Below are positions 1-10,047 of a DNA stretch of 64,000 nucleotides, in pieces (within the stretch, counting starts at the first letter, position 1; each line of letters begins with the position of its first letter). The notes beneath the pieces are model-generated. The model did not search any database, had not been told where the DNA came from, and saw only the letters and a program-made list of their open reading frames with translations. The DNA comes from an uncultured Gemmatimonadales bacterium (GTDB taxonomy: Bacteria; Gemmatimonadota; Gemmatimonadetes; Longimicrobiales; RSA9), in NCBI GenBank assembly GCA_963741945.1, contig CAVUKA010000007.1:61585-125584 (forward strand), read 5' to 3'. A program made the position numbers and the translations under genes.

Positions 1-123
1 GGGGCCGCCCTCATTCCGGCGGCCCGGGGGCGCCTCACGGCGGCGCAACCGGTGGACCCGGCTCTACCCTTTTTCGCCGTGGCAGCGCTGGGCGTATGGG
101 GCGTGGCGCGTCTGACCCCGTGA
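1..123 (+). CDS. C-terminal fragment of a membrane protein (runs off window edge)
   Basis: Frame +1 is open from base 1 to TGA at 121-123: GAALIPAARGRLTAAQPVDPALPFFAVAALGVWGVARLTP, with a hydrophobic end. Confidence 0.4.
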   Translation, partial: GAALIPAARGRLTAAQPVDPALPFFAVAALGVWGVARLTP

Positions 124-160
124 CGGGAGCAAGACACGTGACACTGGGTGAAGCTTGCCC

Positions 161-1159
161 TTATTCGGGGCCGTTGGAACCAGGTGCTGGAGCCGCCAGT
201 CTGGTAAGCAGGTTGCGCAGGATTTCGACATGAGAGCGAGCTTCCCTCGCCCTCGCTATGAGGCTCTCTCCAGTGTGGCCCCGAACCATCTCCTCCAGCA
301 TGCCGCTTCTCTCCTGTAGTGCCCGTAGCGCGATCCAGAGTGCCTGCTCGACAGAGTCATCCTTCGCCTCCGCCAGTGCTTCCATGGTGTAAGCGTGGCC
401 GACGAGGCAGCGAAACCTCTGTACGTCCGGGTCCTCCAGCTCTCGTATCGGCCCGTCGCAATCGGGGCAGCTGAAATCGGTGGAGCGGCTGGGTAACTCT
501 CTCCAGTCGTCGGACATGGCACGCTCGTTCAAATGGGCTTCAATACGGAGGATCTCGGGGACGGGTGGTGGCTCGGGTGCTCCCTCCCGGCACAACCGAC
601 CGAGTAACGCTGACATCTCTTCGAGGGAGACCACCTGCGCCTCGGCGGCAGCCGCGATGGCATTTAGAGGCATTTGAGGGTGGGCCGCCTCGTCTGGATC
701 CTGCACTACTGCGATCCCGCCACATCGATGCACCGCAGAGAGGCCGGCCGCGCCGTCGCTCTGGAGGCCGCTCAGGATGACGCCGATCACACGGCTGCGA
801 TGATGAACCGCTGCGGTTCTGAAGAGCGGATCAATCGCCGGTCGAGCGCGGTTCTCCCGGGGTCCGAAGCGGACCCGCACTGCGTCAGGTGCCACGAGCA
901 TGTGCCGGTCGGGCGGGGCGACCAGTATCCCGCCTGGCTTCAGAGGATCTCCGTCAGCGGCCATGCGGGCAGGCAGGCCTCCCCTCCTGTCGAGGATCTG
1001 CGCGAGCTGCCCGCCGGAGGACGGAGAGGTGTGCTGGACGACCAGGACGGCGGCCGGAAGATCGGCCGGGAGACCGGCGACGAGTGCGGAAAGCGCCTCA
1101 ACACCCCCAAGGGAGGCGCCGATCACGACCAGGTCTCTCGTATCGTTGCTCATCGCCAC
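161..1159 (-). CDS. cheB: CheB-type methylesterase domain protein with C-terminal Cys/His motif
   Basis: Motifs VVIGASLGG, VVQH, RPAIDPLF, GVILSGLQSDGAAGL; C-terminal CPDC...RC..GH; no receiver domain. Start may be ATG at 1153. Confidence 0.85.
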   Translation of the reverse strand: MAMSNDTRDLVVIGASLGGVEALSALVAGLPADLPAAVLVVQHTSPSSGGQLAQILDRRGGLPARMAADGDPLKPGGILVAPPDRHMLVAPDAVRVRFGPRENRARPAIDPLFRTAAVHHRSRVIGVILSGLQSDGAAGLSAVHRCGGIAVVQDPDEAAHPQMPLNAIAAAAEAQVVSLEEMSALLGRLCREGAPEPPPVPEILRIEAHLNERAMSDDWRELPSRSTDFSCPDCDGPIRELEDPDVQRFRCLVGHAYTMEALAEAKDDSVEQALWIALRALQERSGMLEEMVRGHTGESLIARAREARSHVEILRNLLTRLAAPAPGSNGPE

Positions 1160-1272
1160 GGCCAGGGTACCAGGTTCGGGATCGGCTTCAGCGGTCTCTG
1201 CCGCTAGGGTTCTGCATTACTGCCACGCAAGCTACGCTCCCACTGTCGCCCTGTTGCCCCCTCCCCGCTGGG

Positions 1273-1812
1273 TCAGCTCGAGCCGGCAGACGGTGTCCAC
1301 CGCACGGGAGGACTCTCGTCGCGTGCGGCGGCTTGGAGCGGGGGGAGTACCATCGCCCGAACCCTCACAACCGCGTCACGAAATCGGCCCGGAGCCCCGT
1401 CGTGAGCTCTCGATCGTTCGAGAAAGGCGGACCATTGCCTCTGGGCATCCAGGTCGTCGGCGAACGCTTCGCCGAGTCCGGCCGGCACCCCGTCCGGCAG
1501 ATCCGTCCCGCGGTGAGCGAACGTCTCGCGAATCTGCTCGAACAGGATAGATCCGTCGAATTGCCGCTCGCTCGCGAGTACCGTGAGATCGAAGTAGTCT
1601 TTGAAGCGGCTGGTGACAATCCCGAAGCGGACAATCGCCTCGACCTTCTCCGCTACGGCGGTTTCGGCCGTGTAGGCGGCAAGGCAGGGAGCTGAGAAGC
1701 CCAGAAGCGAGGGAAGCTCGACCTCCTCCGGCTCGACCACGATCGCGTCGCCGTAGCCAATGTCCACCTGCGCAGTCACCCGTGCGCTACCCACCCGCGC
1801 CTCCACCCCCAT
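1273..1812 (-). pseudogene. N-terminally truncated AbiEii/AbiGii-family nucleotidyltransferase toxin
   Basis: QVDIGYGDAI, ETAVAEKVEAIV, SRFKDYFDL, ETFAHRGT match the C-terminal half of the family; in-frame stop about 11 codons upstream; N-terminal NTase motifs absent. Confidence 0.75.
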
Positions 1813-1946
1813 CCAGGCTTCGGCCGTCAGGCGCCGCGCCGACGGTCAGGTGTCGCCAAGGAGTGGTAGCGGCTGAAGCTACTCCCCTATGATGGATTCA
1901 CGGCCTGGTGAGGGCCCTTCACAATCAGAGACGACGGAGGCGAAGA

Positions 1947-2377
1947 ATGACCATGCGCAAGTACGAGATCCGCTTGGTCGACGGGCTGATCCACTTCCAC
2001 GGACGAGAGCTCGCCCAGAAGCGCGGACGAGTGGCGGTGCCCGACGGAACGCCCGCTCGTATGACCGTCACCGTGTACAGTCGACAGAACGCGAAGGATT
2101 CATAAGGGAGGACATCCGACTGGGCGGTCGGACGTTCACCTTCGTACACCGGATCCATCCCGGCACATCCCTGTCCTGGAACGCGCCAGACTGGATGCCG
2201 GCTGGTCCCGATTTGCTGGGCGAAACGTGGGACATGGCCTGCCGGGTCGATGAGAGGCTCCGACCGGTCAGGAAATGGACCCCCACCGGTGACCACGAGG
2301 AATTCAGGGTCCCGACCGGTGACGGGACCTATCTCGTGGTCCGCGCGGGGGCCATCCCTACGAACGGACCAGGCTGA
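1947..2377 (+). pseudogene. hypothetical protein split by an apparent frameshift near 2080
   Basis: GGAGG RBS then MTMRKYEIRLVDGLIHFHG...TVTVYS stops at 2105; protein-like sequence STEREGFIREDIRLGG... continues in another frame to 2377. Confidence 0.45.
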
Positions 2378-2570
2378 GAACCCGTGGTGACCTGATCCGC
2401 CTCATGATGCCTGGCGGCTGCTTCAGGCAAAATCGGGGAGCCTTCATGAACCTCCGAGGGTTGTCGGAGCCGTTGTCAAGCGAGGCAACGCGCTCCCAGG
2501 TCTTTGTGGCCAAACACTTTGCCCGCAGGGCGCGACCCGATTGCGGGCAGACGCATTGTCACAAGTTTTG

Positions 2571-3785
2571 TCACGTTGCCCGATCGGGATCTTTGGTGGC
2601 GAGGCGGAAACGTACGTATTTCAGCCGCACCATCGAGGCGATTCCGAAGGCTGGCCCGATGGCGAGAAGGCTGAAGGCGGGCCCCCATCCAAACCGCTCC
2701 ACGATCCCGATGGTCAGCCAGATCGACACGGCCGTGAGGGCAAATCCCAGCGACGTCTGGAGCGTCAGCGCCGTCCCCACCGCGTGCTGGGGCGCGACCT
2801 CCGTGACCACTGCGCTGAACTGCGCCGAGTCGGCGACGACGGCGAAACCCCCATACCATTGCGAGCGTTACGACCACAACGGCGGCGCCGCCATGAGCCA
2901 GCCGATCACCAGGGAGCACGAGCCGCTCACCGCCATGGCCCAGATGGTCACGCGCTCGCGGCCGAGCCTGTCGGCCCACGCGCCAGCCAGCACGCAGCCG
3001 AGCCCGCCCATGGCGATGGCGCCGAAGCCGACCAGCGAGCCGAGCACCTCGGCGCTCGCGCCGCCGCCGGCCCGCGCGGCGAAGAATTGCGAAAAGAAGA
3101 GTGCCACGAGCGTCCAGCAGGCGTACAACTCCCACATGTGGCCGAGATAGCCGAAGATGGCGAGCCGGGTCGGGCGGTCGGCCAGCACGCGCCCGACCAG
3201 CCGGAGCGAGAAGGGGCGCCGCTCGAACGGGTGCGGCCCCGGACGATATCCGAGGAAGACGAGGGCCGCGGCAAGGACCGCCCCGGTGGACGCCGTCCCG
3301 ATCACGAGCGCGACACTGGCCTCCGCGAAAGCGTGCGCCAGGTATGGCGTCGCTTTCCCCACCGTGAGAGCGCCCACCACGGTGCCGATGGCAAGGCCTC
3401 GCCCGCTGCGGAACCAGGTCGAGACCATTTTCATGGCCGGTGGATACACGCCGGCCAGAAAGAACCCGGTCAGAAAACGGAGGCCCAGCGTGGCGACATA
3501 GCCTGGCGCCACGACAATGGCTGCATTCGCCGCCGCGCCGAGAAGCGCGGACCCCACGAAGTAGTGGCGATCGGGGAGGAGGTCGGCGAGGTTGAGGAGG
3601 GCGGCGATGGCCGTGCCGGCGACGAATCCGATCTGCACCACCGTCGTCAGCCAGCCGGCCTGTCCCGGCGTCAGGCTCCACAGCGCCTCCAGCTGCGGCG
3701 AGACCGCACTGGCGGTGAACCAGAGCGACATGCCCATGAGCTCGGCACCGCTCAGGAGCGCGAGGATGCTCCACCGGGTTTTCAT
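2571..3785 (-). pseudogene. MFS transporter interrupted by two compensating indels (in-frame TAA at 2868-2870)
   Basis: Hydrophobic 12-TM-like sequence, motif GAWADRLGRER; both ORF pieces are in the same frame; the expected VVTLAMVWG segment lies in the -1 frame between about 2850 and 2882. RBS AGGAG before ATG 3785. Confidence 0.8.
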
Positions 3786-4220
3786 TCCACTCCTGTTCGA
3801 GCGCGCGGTCACCACAGCGGGATGTCCGAGGGGGGCCCCGCAGTGTGCCCTCCCTGCGGGCGCCGCCGCAAGCCTGCAGGTTCTGCGGGATGTACTTGCG
3901 CTCGGCGCCCCGAAAACTCAATCTTGCAATGTCGCTCCAAAGTTGAGCCTATACAGGAGCGGCTCCCACCTTTCGGGTGATCGCATGACACGGCAGGAGC
4001 GCGAGAGTCGGGGCGACGTCGGTCGGCCCCGCAGTGATGCCCGGGCCATCAGCCCGGGCCGGAAACACCTCCGCGCCTCTTTCCCCCCATATCTCCACGC
4101 CCGGCCGAGCCGGGTGAACGGTGCCCTTCGTCCGCGCGAAAGGAGGCGCTGACCAGCGGGCGACTCGCAGATCCGGACTGCAGTCTGATCACAGACCCAC
4201 CCTGCCAAGGAGGGAGCAGT

Positions 4221-7200
4221 ATGAACGCCCGGCATTGTTTGAATGCTGCAGTGCTGGCGGCGCTCACCTTGGTCCCGATCGGGCTGTCTGCTCAGCAGAC
4301 GGCCACGCTCGCGGGCCAGGTGACGGGGCCAGATGGTGTGCCGCTCGTAGCAGCCACCGTAGAAGTCGAAGGATTGAACTTCGGGACGCTGACGAACGAC
4401 CAGGGCCGGTACCTGATCACGGTTCCGGCGTCGCGCGTGCAGGGACAGGACGTCACGGTCACGGCCACGATGATCGGCCACCGTTCCCAGTCCCACACCG
4501 TCACGCTCAGCGGCGGCGCCATCACCCTCAACTTCATCCTGGGGGAAGACCCCCTGAAGCTGAGCGAGATCGTGGTCACCGGGCAGGGCACGAGGCAGGA
4601 ACGTGCCAAGCTCGGCGTGAGCATCAGCTCCGTGGGCGGTCAGGAGCTGGTCCAGTCGCAGGAGTCGAACGTCGTGGCGGCGCTGGCGGGCAAGGCCCCC
4701 AACGTCGAAGTGACGAGCTCGGCCGGCGACCCCGGCGCCAGCGCGTACATCCGCATCCGCGGCGCCTCCTCCATCGTCGGCGGCACACAGCCGCTGTTCG
4801 TGGTGGACGGCACGCCGATCAGCAACGCGACACACGGGCTGGAAGGCTCGACGGCGGGAACGGTGGTCTCGAACCGGGCCATCGACCTGAACCCGGAAGA
4901 CATCGCGAACATCGAGATCCTGAAGGGCGCGGCCGCGGCGGCGCTGTACGGGTCGCGTGCGGCGAATGGCGTGGTGCTCATCACCACGAAGCGGGGACAG
5001 CCCGGGACGAGCCGGGTGACGTACAGCACGTCCTACAGCTTCGACGACGTGAACAAGACGGTCCCGCTCCAGACCAGCTACGGTCAGGGATTCGTCAACC
5101 TGGACGACCTGACGACCAACATCTCCCCCACCTCATCCGCGAGCTGGGGTCCGAAGCTGGGCCCCGGGATCCCGGTGTACGACCACGCCGACGAGGTGTA
5201 CCGTACCGGCCACCGCTTCGAGAACAACCTGACCTGGTCGGGCGGTAGCGAGCGGACGACGTACTACCTGTCCATCGGACGGTTGGACCACGGCGGCGTC
5301 ATCGTGGGCCCGCAGAAGTACCAGCGCACCACGGTCCGCCTGAAGGGGACGCACTCCTTCTCGGACGCCCTGCGCATTGGCGGGAACATCGCCTACACCG
5401 ACGGCGTCGGCGACTTCGTGCAGCAGGGTTCGAACATCTCCGGCATCCAGCTGGGCGCGCTGCGCACGCCGCCGGACTTCAACAACCTGCCGTACATCGA
5501 CCCGGTGACGGGGCTCCATCGCTCCTACCGCTACCCGAATCCCACGCTGCTGGCGCGGACCCGCGGCTACGACAACCCGTTCTGGATCGCGAACAAGATC
5601 ACGAACACGGCCAACGTGGGGCGCGCGTTCGGCAACGTCAGCGCGGAGTACACAGCGGCGCCATGGCTGAGCTTCAACCTGGTGGTGGGCGGTGACTACG
5701 CCAACGACGAGCGGCTGACGACATTCCCGAAGAGCTCGTCGAGCTACCCGGACGGCGCGGTGCTGCGCGGCGACTTCGTCGACAAGTCGTACGACGAGAC
5801 GCTGACCGCAACCATGAACCGGACGCTGATGGAAGGCCTGGACGCCACCATCACGCTCGGCCAGAACCTCAACCAGTCCCAGTACCAGCGCTACCAGGTG
5901 GACGGGTCGCAGCTGATCTTCGGCACCGATCAGCTCGATTTCACGGTGTCGAAAGACCCGAACGAGTACCGCGAGACCATACGGACCGACGGGTGGTTCT
6001 CCCAGGTGCAGCTCGACCTGGCCAACCAGCTGACGCTGACCGGGAACTTCCGGCTCGACGGCTCCAACACCTTCGGGGCCGGCACGTCCAGCCGCTTCTT
6101 CTATCCGGGCGTGAGCGCCTCCTGGCGGTTCTCCCAGATGAACGATTTCGGCGGGCTGCTCAGCTTCGGCCGACTGCGCGCCTCGTACGGCGTGACAGGG
6201 CGTCAGCCGCCGCCGTTCTCGAACGTGTCCGCGTACACCACCGGCGCATTCTCCGACGGCTGGCTCGACCAGGGACTCCAGTCGATCTATCTGGGGAACG
6301 AGGGCGTGTTCGCCCAGGGGACGCTCGGCAATGACGCCATCAAGCCGGAGCGGGAGAAGGAGGTCGAGGGCGGTATCGACCTGGCCTTCCTGCAGGACAG
6401 GATCAGCTTCGGACTCACCTATTACAACCGCGAGACGACCGACGCCATCCTCAGCGTTCCCGTTCCGCCCAGCACGGGCTACTTCTCCAAGTACGAGAAC
6501 GTGGCCGGCTGGACGAACAAGGGGTGGGAGGCCACGCTCGACCTGACGCCGATCCGGACGGACAACTTCAGCTGGACGATCGGCGGTCAGTGGTCCACCA
6601 ACAAGAGCTGCGTCAAGAACATCGGCGGCGCCAATGACGTCTTCCTGAACGGGTTCACGGACACGTACGCCGCGCTGGTCAAGCCGGATGCGAACGGGGA
6701 CTGCTACCAGTTCGGTGTCCTCTTCGGGACGGACTGGATCCGCTTCGGCCGCGGCAGCCAGGTGGGTGGCGTGAACATCGACCAGGCATACCCGAACGCC
6801 GCGGATGGCACCGTCTACATCGGCGCCGACGGCTTCCCGATCGGAGACCCCCAGTACCGCGTGCTGGGCGACCCGGCGCCGGACTGGCTGGCGAGCATCC
6901 GGACGAACGTGACGCTCTTCCAGAAGCTGCGGCTGGGCGCGCTGTTCGACTTCAAGCAGGGCGGCGACGTCTGGAACGGGACGAAGGGCGCCCTCTACTA
7001 CTTCGGCACCCATCAGGGCACCGAGGCGATGCACGGCGCCGGCGAGCCGCGCGTGTTCGAAGGCGAGGGCCCCGGCGCGGGAACGCAGGTGATGCTCAAC
7101 TGGGACACGTGGGGGTACAACGGGCCCGGCAGCGGCTTCACTGGCCCCGCCGTCCAGTTCGTCGAAGACGGCAGCTACGTCAAGCTGCGTGAGCTCAGCG

Positions 7201-7412
7201 TCTCTTACGACCTGAACGCCGAATGGCTCCGGCCGCTCGGATTCAGTGCCGCGCAGATCACGGTGGCGGGACGGAACCTGGTCACCTGGACCGACTATAC
7301 CGGCATCGACCCGGAGAGCAATCTCACGGGACCGAGCACCGGCCGCGGGCTGGACTATTTCAACAACCCGCAAACGCGGTCCTGGGTCATCGGCGCATCC
7401 CTTACCCGCTAA
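4221..7412 (+). CDS. susC: SusC/RagA-family TonB-dependent outer membrane transporter
   Basis: Signal peptide, CarboxypepD-like N-terminus, IRIRGASS, PLFVVDG, DLNPEDIANIEILKGAAAAALYGSRAANGVVLITTKRG, YVKLRELSVSY; RBS GGAG. Confidence 0.95.
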   Translation: MNARHCLNAAVLAALTLVPIGLSAQQTATLAGQVTGPDGVPLVAATVEVEGLNFGTLTNDQGRYLITVPASRVQGQDVTVTATMIGHRSQSHTVTLSGGAITLNFILGEDPLKLSEIVVTGQGTRQERAKLGVSISSVGGQELVQSQESNVVAALAGKAPNVEVTSSAGDPGASAYIRIRGASSIVGGTQPLFVVDGTPISNATHGLEGSTAGTVVSNRAIDLNPEDIANIEILKGAAAAALYGSRAANGVVLITTKRGQPGTSRVTYSTSYSFDDVNKTVPLQTSYGQGFVNLDDLTTNISPTSSASWGPKLGPGIPVYDHADEVYRTGHRFENNLTWSGGSERTTYYLSIGRLDHGGVIVGPQKYQRTTVRLKGTHSFSDALRIGGNIAYTDGVGDFVQQGSNISGIQLGALRTPPDFNNLPYIDPVTGLHRSYRYPNPTLLARTRGYDNPFWIANKITNTANVGRAFGNVSAEYTAAPWLSFNLVVGGDYANDERLTTFPKSSSSYPDGAVLRGDFVDKSYDETLTATMNRTLMEGLDATITLGQNLNQSQYQRYQVDGSQLIFGTDQLDFTVSKDPNEYRETIRTDGWFSQVQLDLANQLTLTGNFRLDGSNTFGAGTSSRFFYPGVSASWRFSQMNDFGGLLSFGRLRASYGVTGRQPPPFSNVSAYTTGAFSDGWLDQGLQSIYLGNEGVFAQGTLGNDAIKPEREKEVEGGIDLAFLQDRISFGLTYYNRETTDAILSVPVPPSTGYFSKYENVAGWTNKGWEATLDLTPIRTDNFSWTIGGQWSTNKSCVKNIGGANDVFLNGFTDTYAALVKPDANGDCYQFGVLFGTDWIRFGRGSQVGGVNIDQAYPNAADGTVYIGADGFPIGDPQYRVLGDPAPDWLASIRTNVTLFQKLRLGALFDFKQGGDVWNGTKGALYYFGTHQGTEAMHGAGEPRVFEGEGPGAGTQVMLNWDTWGYNGPGSGFTGPAVQFVEDGSYVKLRELSVSYDLNAEWLRPLGFSAAQITVAGRNLVTWTDYTGIDPESNLTGPSTGRGLDYFNNPQTRSWVIGASLTR

Positions 7413-7428
7413 CCGCAAGGAGAGAGAC

Positions 7429-8859
7429 ATGCCTAGCAAGAGAAACCGGTGGAGCCGCGCCGCAGGCGTGGCGCTGGTCGCCGGCCTCGCTCTCGGCGGG
7501 TGCGATTTCATCAGCCCGATCGATACGAACCCGAACGCGGTTCCGACGGCCACGGTGGACCAGCTCCTCACGTCGGTCCAGGTGAACACGTTCTTCTTCA
7601 GCGAAGGCCAGATCGCCCGGCTCACGTCCATGTGGCTGCAGCAGATGGCCGGGAACCAGCGGCAGTTCAGTCAGCTGGACCAGTACCTCATGTCCGAGAT
7701 CGACGTGGACGGCGAGTTCTCGACGATCTACACGGGCGGCGGCCTGGTCGACCTGCGCAAGGCGATCGCCCAGGCGGAGGAGCAGGGGTGGGACGTCTAC
7801 TCCGGGATCTTCAAGATCCACGAGGCCTACCTGTTCGGGATGGCCGCCAGCATCTGGGGCGACATCCCCTTCAGCGAGGCCGGCGGCGTGGAGGGCGTTG
7901 ATCACCCGAAGGCCGATGACCAGGCGGATGTTTACGGAGCCGTCCAGTCGCTCCTGGATGGCGCCCTTTCCGACCTGCAGAGCGGGGGCGGTCCGAGCCC
8001 GGGCGCGGTCGACCTGGTGTTCGGCGGCGACAAGGCTGCGTGGATCAAGGTGGCCCACAGCCTGAAGGCCCGCTTCTACATCCAGAACGGCGACTACGCT
8101 TCCGCGATGAGCGAGGCCCAGCAGGGGATCAGCAGCGCCAGCGGGAACTGGATGACCGTGCACAGCGGTCCCACGTTCTCCGGCTTCGGAAATCCGTGGA
8201 ACGAATTCATCTTCGCGTCCCGCAGCGGCTACATCGTGGGCGGCGCGTTCGGGGTCAACGTCCTGAAGGACCGCTTCGGCCCCGGCAACGATGATCCGCG
8301 GCTGCCGATCTACTACAGCACAGGCACGGGCCCGTACGCCGGGATGTTCGCCGGCTCGCCTCCGCTCACGCCCGCCGATGATCCGGCGGACGACGCCTCG
8401 GTGCTTTCCCAGACCGGGTTCGGTGCGGCCGATGCCAGCATGCCGATGGTGTCATGCGCCGAGACGCAGCTGATCGTGGCAGAAGCGGCGCTGCACAACG
8501 GCAACCCGGGCGCGGCAGGAACGGCAATGGAAGCGGCGAGGTCGTGTCAGGAAGCGCTTTATGGCATCACGCTCCCGCCGGCGCCGGCCAACCCCACGCT
8601 CGCACAGGTGATGGAAGAGAAGTACATCGTGCAGTTCCTGAACATCGACGCGTGGAACGATTACAAGCGCACGTGTCTCCCCGACCTGATCGCCAACTCT
8701 GCGGCCAAGGGCTGGGCGATTCCGACGGCAGCCACGCCGGTCCCCGTACGCATGTACTACGGGCAGGGCGAACGGCAGCAGAACCCGAACCTGCCGGAGC
8801 CGGACGCCACCGGGAACACGCTGTACTCCATCGACAACGCTTCGCCGTGCACCACCTGA
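7429..8859 (+). CDS. susD: SusD/RagB-family lipoprotein
   Basis: Follows susC by 16 nt with AAGGAG RBS; lipobox LGGC; WGDIPFSEA, DPRLPIYY, MEEKYI, AWNDYKRT, PVRMYY. Confidence 0.92.
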   Translation: MPSKRNRWSRAAGVALVAGLALGGCDFISPIDTNPNAVPTATVDQLLTSVQVNTFFFSEGQIARLTSMWLQQMAGNQRQFSQLDQYLMSEIDVDGEFSTIYTGGGLVDLRKAIAQAEEQGWDVYSGIFKIHEAYLFGMAASIWGDIPFSEAGGVEGVDHPKADDQADVYGAVQSLLDGALSDLQSGGGPSPGAVDLVFGGDKAAWIKVAHSLKARFYIQNGDYASAMSEAQQGISSASGNWMTVHSGPTFSGFGNPWNEFIFASRSGYIVGGAFGVNVLKDRFGPGNDDPRLPIYYSTGTGPYAGMFAGSPPLTPADDPADDASVLSQTGFGAADASMPMVSCAETQLIVAEAALHNGNPGAAGTAMEAARSCQEALYGITLPPAPANPTLAQVMEEKYIVQFLNIDAWNDYKRTCLPDLIANSAAKGWAIPTAATPVPVRMYYGQGERQQNPNLPEPDATGNTLYSIDNASPCTT

Positions 8860-8892
8860 TGTGACCGGCGGTCACGGACGCCACTCTTCAAC

Positions 8893-8928
8893 CCTCGGGC
8901 CGGCCGGTATGGCCGGCCCGAGGCCTTT
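8893..8928 (+). terminator. intrinsic terminator-like hairpin after susD
   Basis: Perfect 13-bp stem CCTCGGGCCGGCC / GGCCGGCCCGAGG with 5-nt loop, then CCTTT. Confidence 0.65.
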
Positions 8929-8976
8929 CCTGGCGCCAGTCTTGGCGCGGAGCGCTCCGCCCGCTACCCTATTCGC

Positions 8977-9420
8977 ATGATCCGGAACACGCTTCTCGTC
9001 GCGGCCGCGCTGCTGCTCAGCGGCTGCTTTTCCTACGTGCCCGTGCCGGTGGGCGGGGAGCTTTCGCAGGGGACGGCCATCCGCGCCTCCCTCACCCGCC
9101 CCGCCGACTATCGCCTCACCAACTATACCGCGAACGACATCGTGGAAGTGGAAGGTGAGCTGGTGCGCGCCAAGACGGACACCCTCATCATGTCCGCCTT
9201 CACCCTGCGCGCGGCAAGCGGATACGAGTTCCTCGCCGAAGGGGAAACCGTCAGTATCCCGCGGGCGAGGATCGGCGGCGTCGAGCGCAAGAAGTTGTCC
9301 GTCTGGCAAACTGCGCTCGTGGCCGGCGGATTCGTCGCGCTCGTCACGCTCGGTGGGTATGCCCTGGGCGTGGGCGGTGGCGGGAGCGATGGTGGCGACG
9401 GGGGCGGTCAGACGCAGTAG
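8977..9420 (+). CDS. hypothetical lipoprotein with C-terminal TM helix
   Basis: Lipobox LSGC; C-terminal hydrophobic helix and Gly-rich tail. Confidence 0.75.
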   Translation: MIRNTLLVAAALLLSGCFSYVPVPVGGELSQGTAIRASLTRPADYRLTNYTANDIVEVEGELVRAKTDTLIMSAFTLRAASGYEFLAEGETVSIPRARIGGVERKKLSVWQTALVAGGFVALVTLGGYALGVGGGGSDGGDGGGQTQ

Positions 9421-9472
9421 CCTTCAGCAGCCCGCCGGCCAGCGCGGCCCGCTCCGCGACGCTACGTCGGCG

Positions 9473-9940
9473 TCAGTGGGGCTCGCCGCCAACCGCGCTC
9501 CAGGCCCCACCGGAGCGGCGCACGCGGACATCCCACGTGGCTTCCTCCACCGGTTTGCCGGCGGAGGAGCCCCGGTACCACGCGTAGACGCGGACCATGC
9601 CCTGGTCACCGTGGAGCACGGGCGGCGAGATCGCAAGCAACGCATCCACCGACAGCGTGCATGTGGACGGGTCCATGACGTCCCGGCACAAGCGAGCGTC
9701 CTCGAGCTTCAGCAGCCTGGCCCCGATGGCCCGCGCCACCGCTCCGGCGACGGCATCGCCCACGCCGCCATCGGAGCGCGTGGGATCCAGCCCCAGCGCG
9801 CCGTCCGGGAGCCGGTCCCGGGCCCACTCCCCCGCGGCCACCATGGGCGCCGTTTCCGCCCGCGGCTCCTGCGCCGCGGCCGGACCGGCAGCGACTGAGC
9901 CGAACGCCATGATCACCGCCGCCGCCAACCGTGCGCGCAT
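9473..9940 (-). CDS. hypothetical secreted protein
   Basis: GAGGGG RBS, MRARLAAAVIMAFGSVAAGPAAAQ signal peptide, Cys pair CRDVMDPSTC. Confidence 0.65.
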   Translation of the reverse strand: MRARLAAAVIMAFGSVAAGPAAAQEPRAETAPMVAAGEWARDRLPDGALGLDPTRSDGGVGDAVAGAVARAIGARLLKLEDARLCRDVMDPSTCTLSVDALLAISPPVLHGDQGMVRVYAWYRGSSAGKPVEEATWDVRVRRSGGAWSAVGGEPH

Positions 9941-10047
9941 GTCGTCCCCCTCTGCTCCCGACCCCGAAGGCTGTCTCCACGGCCCCCGATTAGGTGCAAG
10001 GGGCGCGCCCGCGCGGCCCCCCGCACCACCCCCACCCTCCCGGCCGA

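Noticed and set aside
161-1159. Chemotaxis cluster
   Set aside because: Lone CheB-like gene with no cheA, cheW, cheR or MCP in view.
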